NCBI RefSeq assembly: GCF_037042905.1
Contig: NC_087245.1
Location: 30,258,001-30,322,000 of the forward strand
DNA length: 64,000 nucleotides
Direction of reading: 5' to 3'
Origin: Lytechinus pictus
Taxonomy: Eukaryota
Part shown: positions 63,553-64,000 of the stretch, in pieces
Layout of the letters: each line of letters starts with the position of its first letter
How positions within the stretch are numbered: position 1 is the stretch's first letter
The notes under the pieces: generated by a model
The model's database searches: none
What the model saw: the letters and a program-made list of their open reading frames with translations, nothing else
Told to the model about the DNA's origin: nothing
Made by a program: the position numbers and the translations under genes

Positions 63553-64000
63553 TACATGTCAGGCTAAATTAAATGTCCCTAGAAGTAATGTACTTAAATG
63601 AAAACTCATTTAGTTAGCCATAACTTCAAATTAAGTTAATACTACCCAAATAAACCTCAAGTCATCTTACAAAACCATGTCATCACTCTCAGTCGATTAT
63701 AAGTCGATTATAAGAGGTTGTTTTATTTTCAGTTTTATGCAAAACATAATATGAACTGCTTTCCCCCCACCAAAAAAAATACCTAGACAGGATATGGAAT
63801 AAAGTAATGTTATCTAGTCCTGAAAATCCACAAAGTGAGCCATAATAACTTCAGGTAAGGTAAATACCACCTTTATTGACCTCAGGTAAGCAACATAAAA
63901 CATATCATTACTTTGATTCGATTTTAATAAGGTATACAGTCACACGGCAGAGGTTGTTTTATTTTCAGCTTTCTGCTAAAGTAAGATACCAACTGCTCTA

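Larger units (their letters stand above)
60153..64000 (+). mobile_element. Second copy of the (TA)n-flanked element (runs off the window end)
   Basis: Colinear with about 41942-43800 after a (TA)n run. Sequence to the left of the TA run differs from copy 1. Confidence 0.9.

Overview
Eukaryotic, AT-rich and repeat-dense window. The repeat style (CAGTGGCGTA-ended and TTAA-flanked MITEs, GCTCGCGCTTCGCGCTCGC motifs) suggests a marine invertebrate, probably a sea urchin; that is inference, not a database result. One host gene is supported: a minus-strand, multi-exon gene for a secreted protein with a signal peptide and a divergent CUB-like domain. Its coding exons are 37277-37367, 32295-32549 and 13237-13464, all joined in phase 1, with a likely 5' UTR exon and promoter near 41.4-41.6 kb. 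The rest is mostly nested transposons. (1) A 10-kb foldback element with a 6-bp TSD whose arms carry a 194-bp satellite with a 7-mer higher-order repeat, inserted in a Harbinger remnant. (2) A decayed Gmr1-type gypsy element (INT before RT) carrying a related solo LTR. Its 3' LTR is split by a 12.4-kb palindromic Academ-like element, which is in turn split by an unclassified 8.7-kb insertion with promoter, splice and poly(A) signals and complementary ends. (3) A long-TIR element flanked by (TA)n, present twice. (4) A Rex1/Babar LINE nested in an L2/Crack-like LINE. (5) Many MITEs with readable TSDs. I found no intact transposase or pol ORF, no CRISPR array and no rRNA. Coordinates were counted by hand and may be off by a few bases where ends are diffuse.
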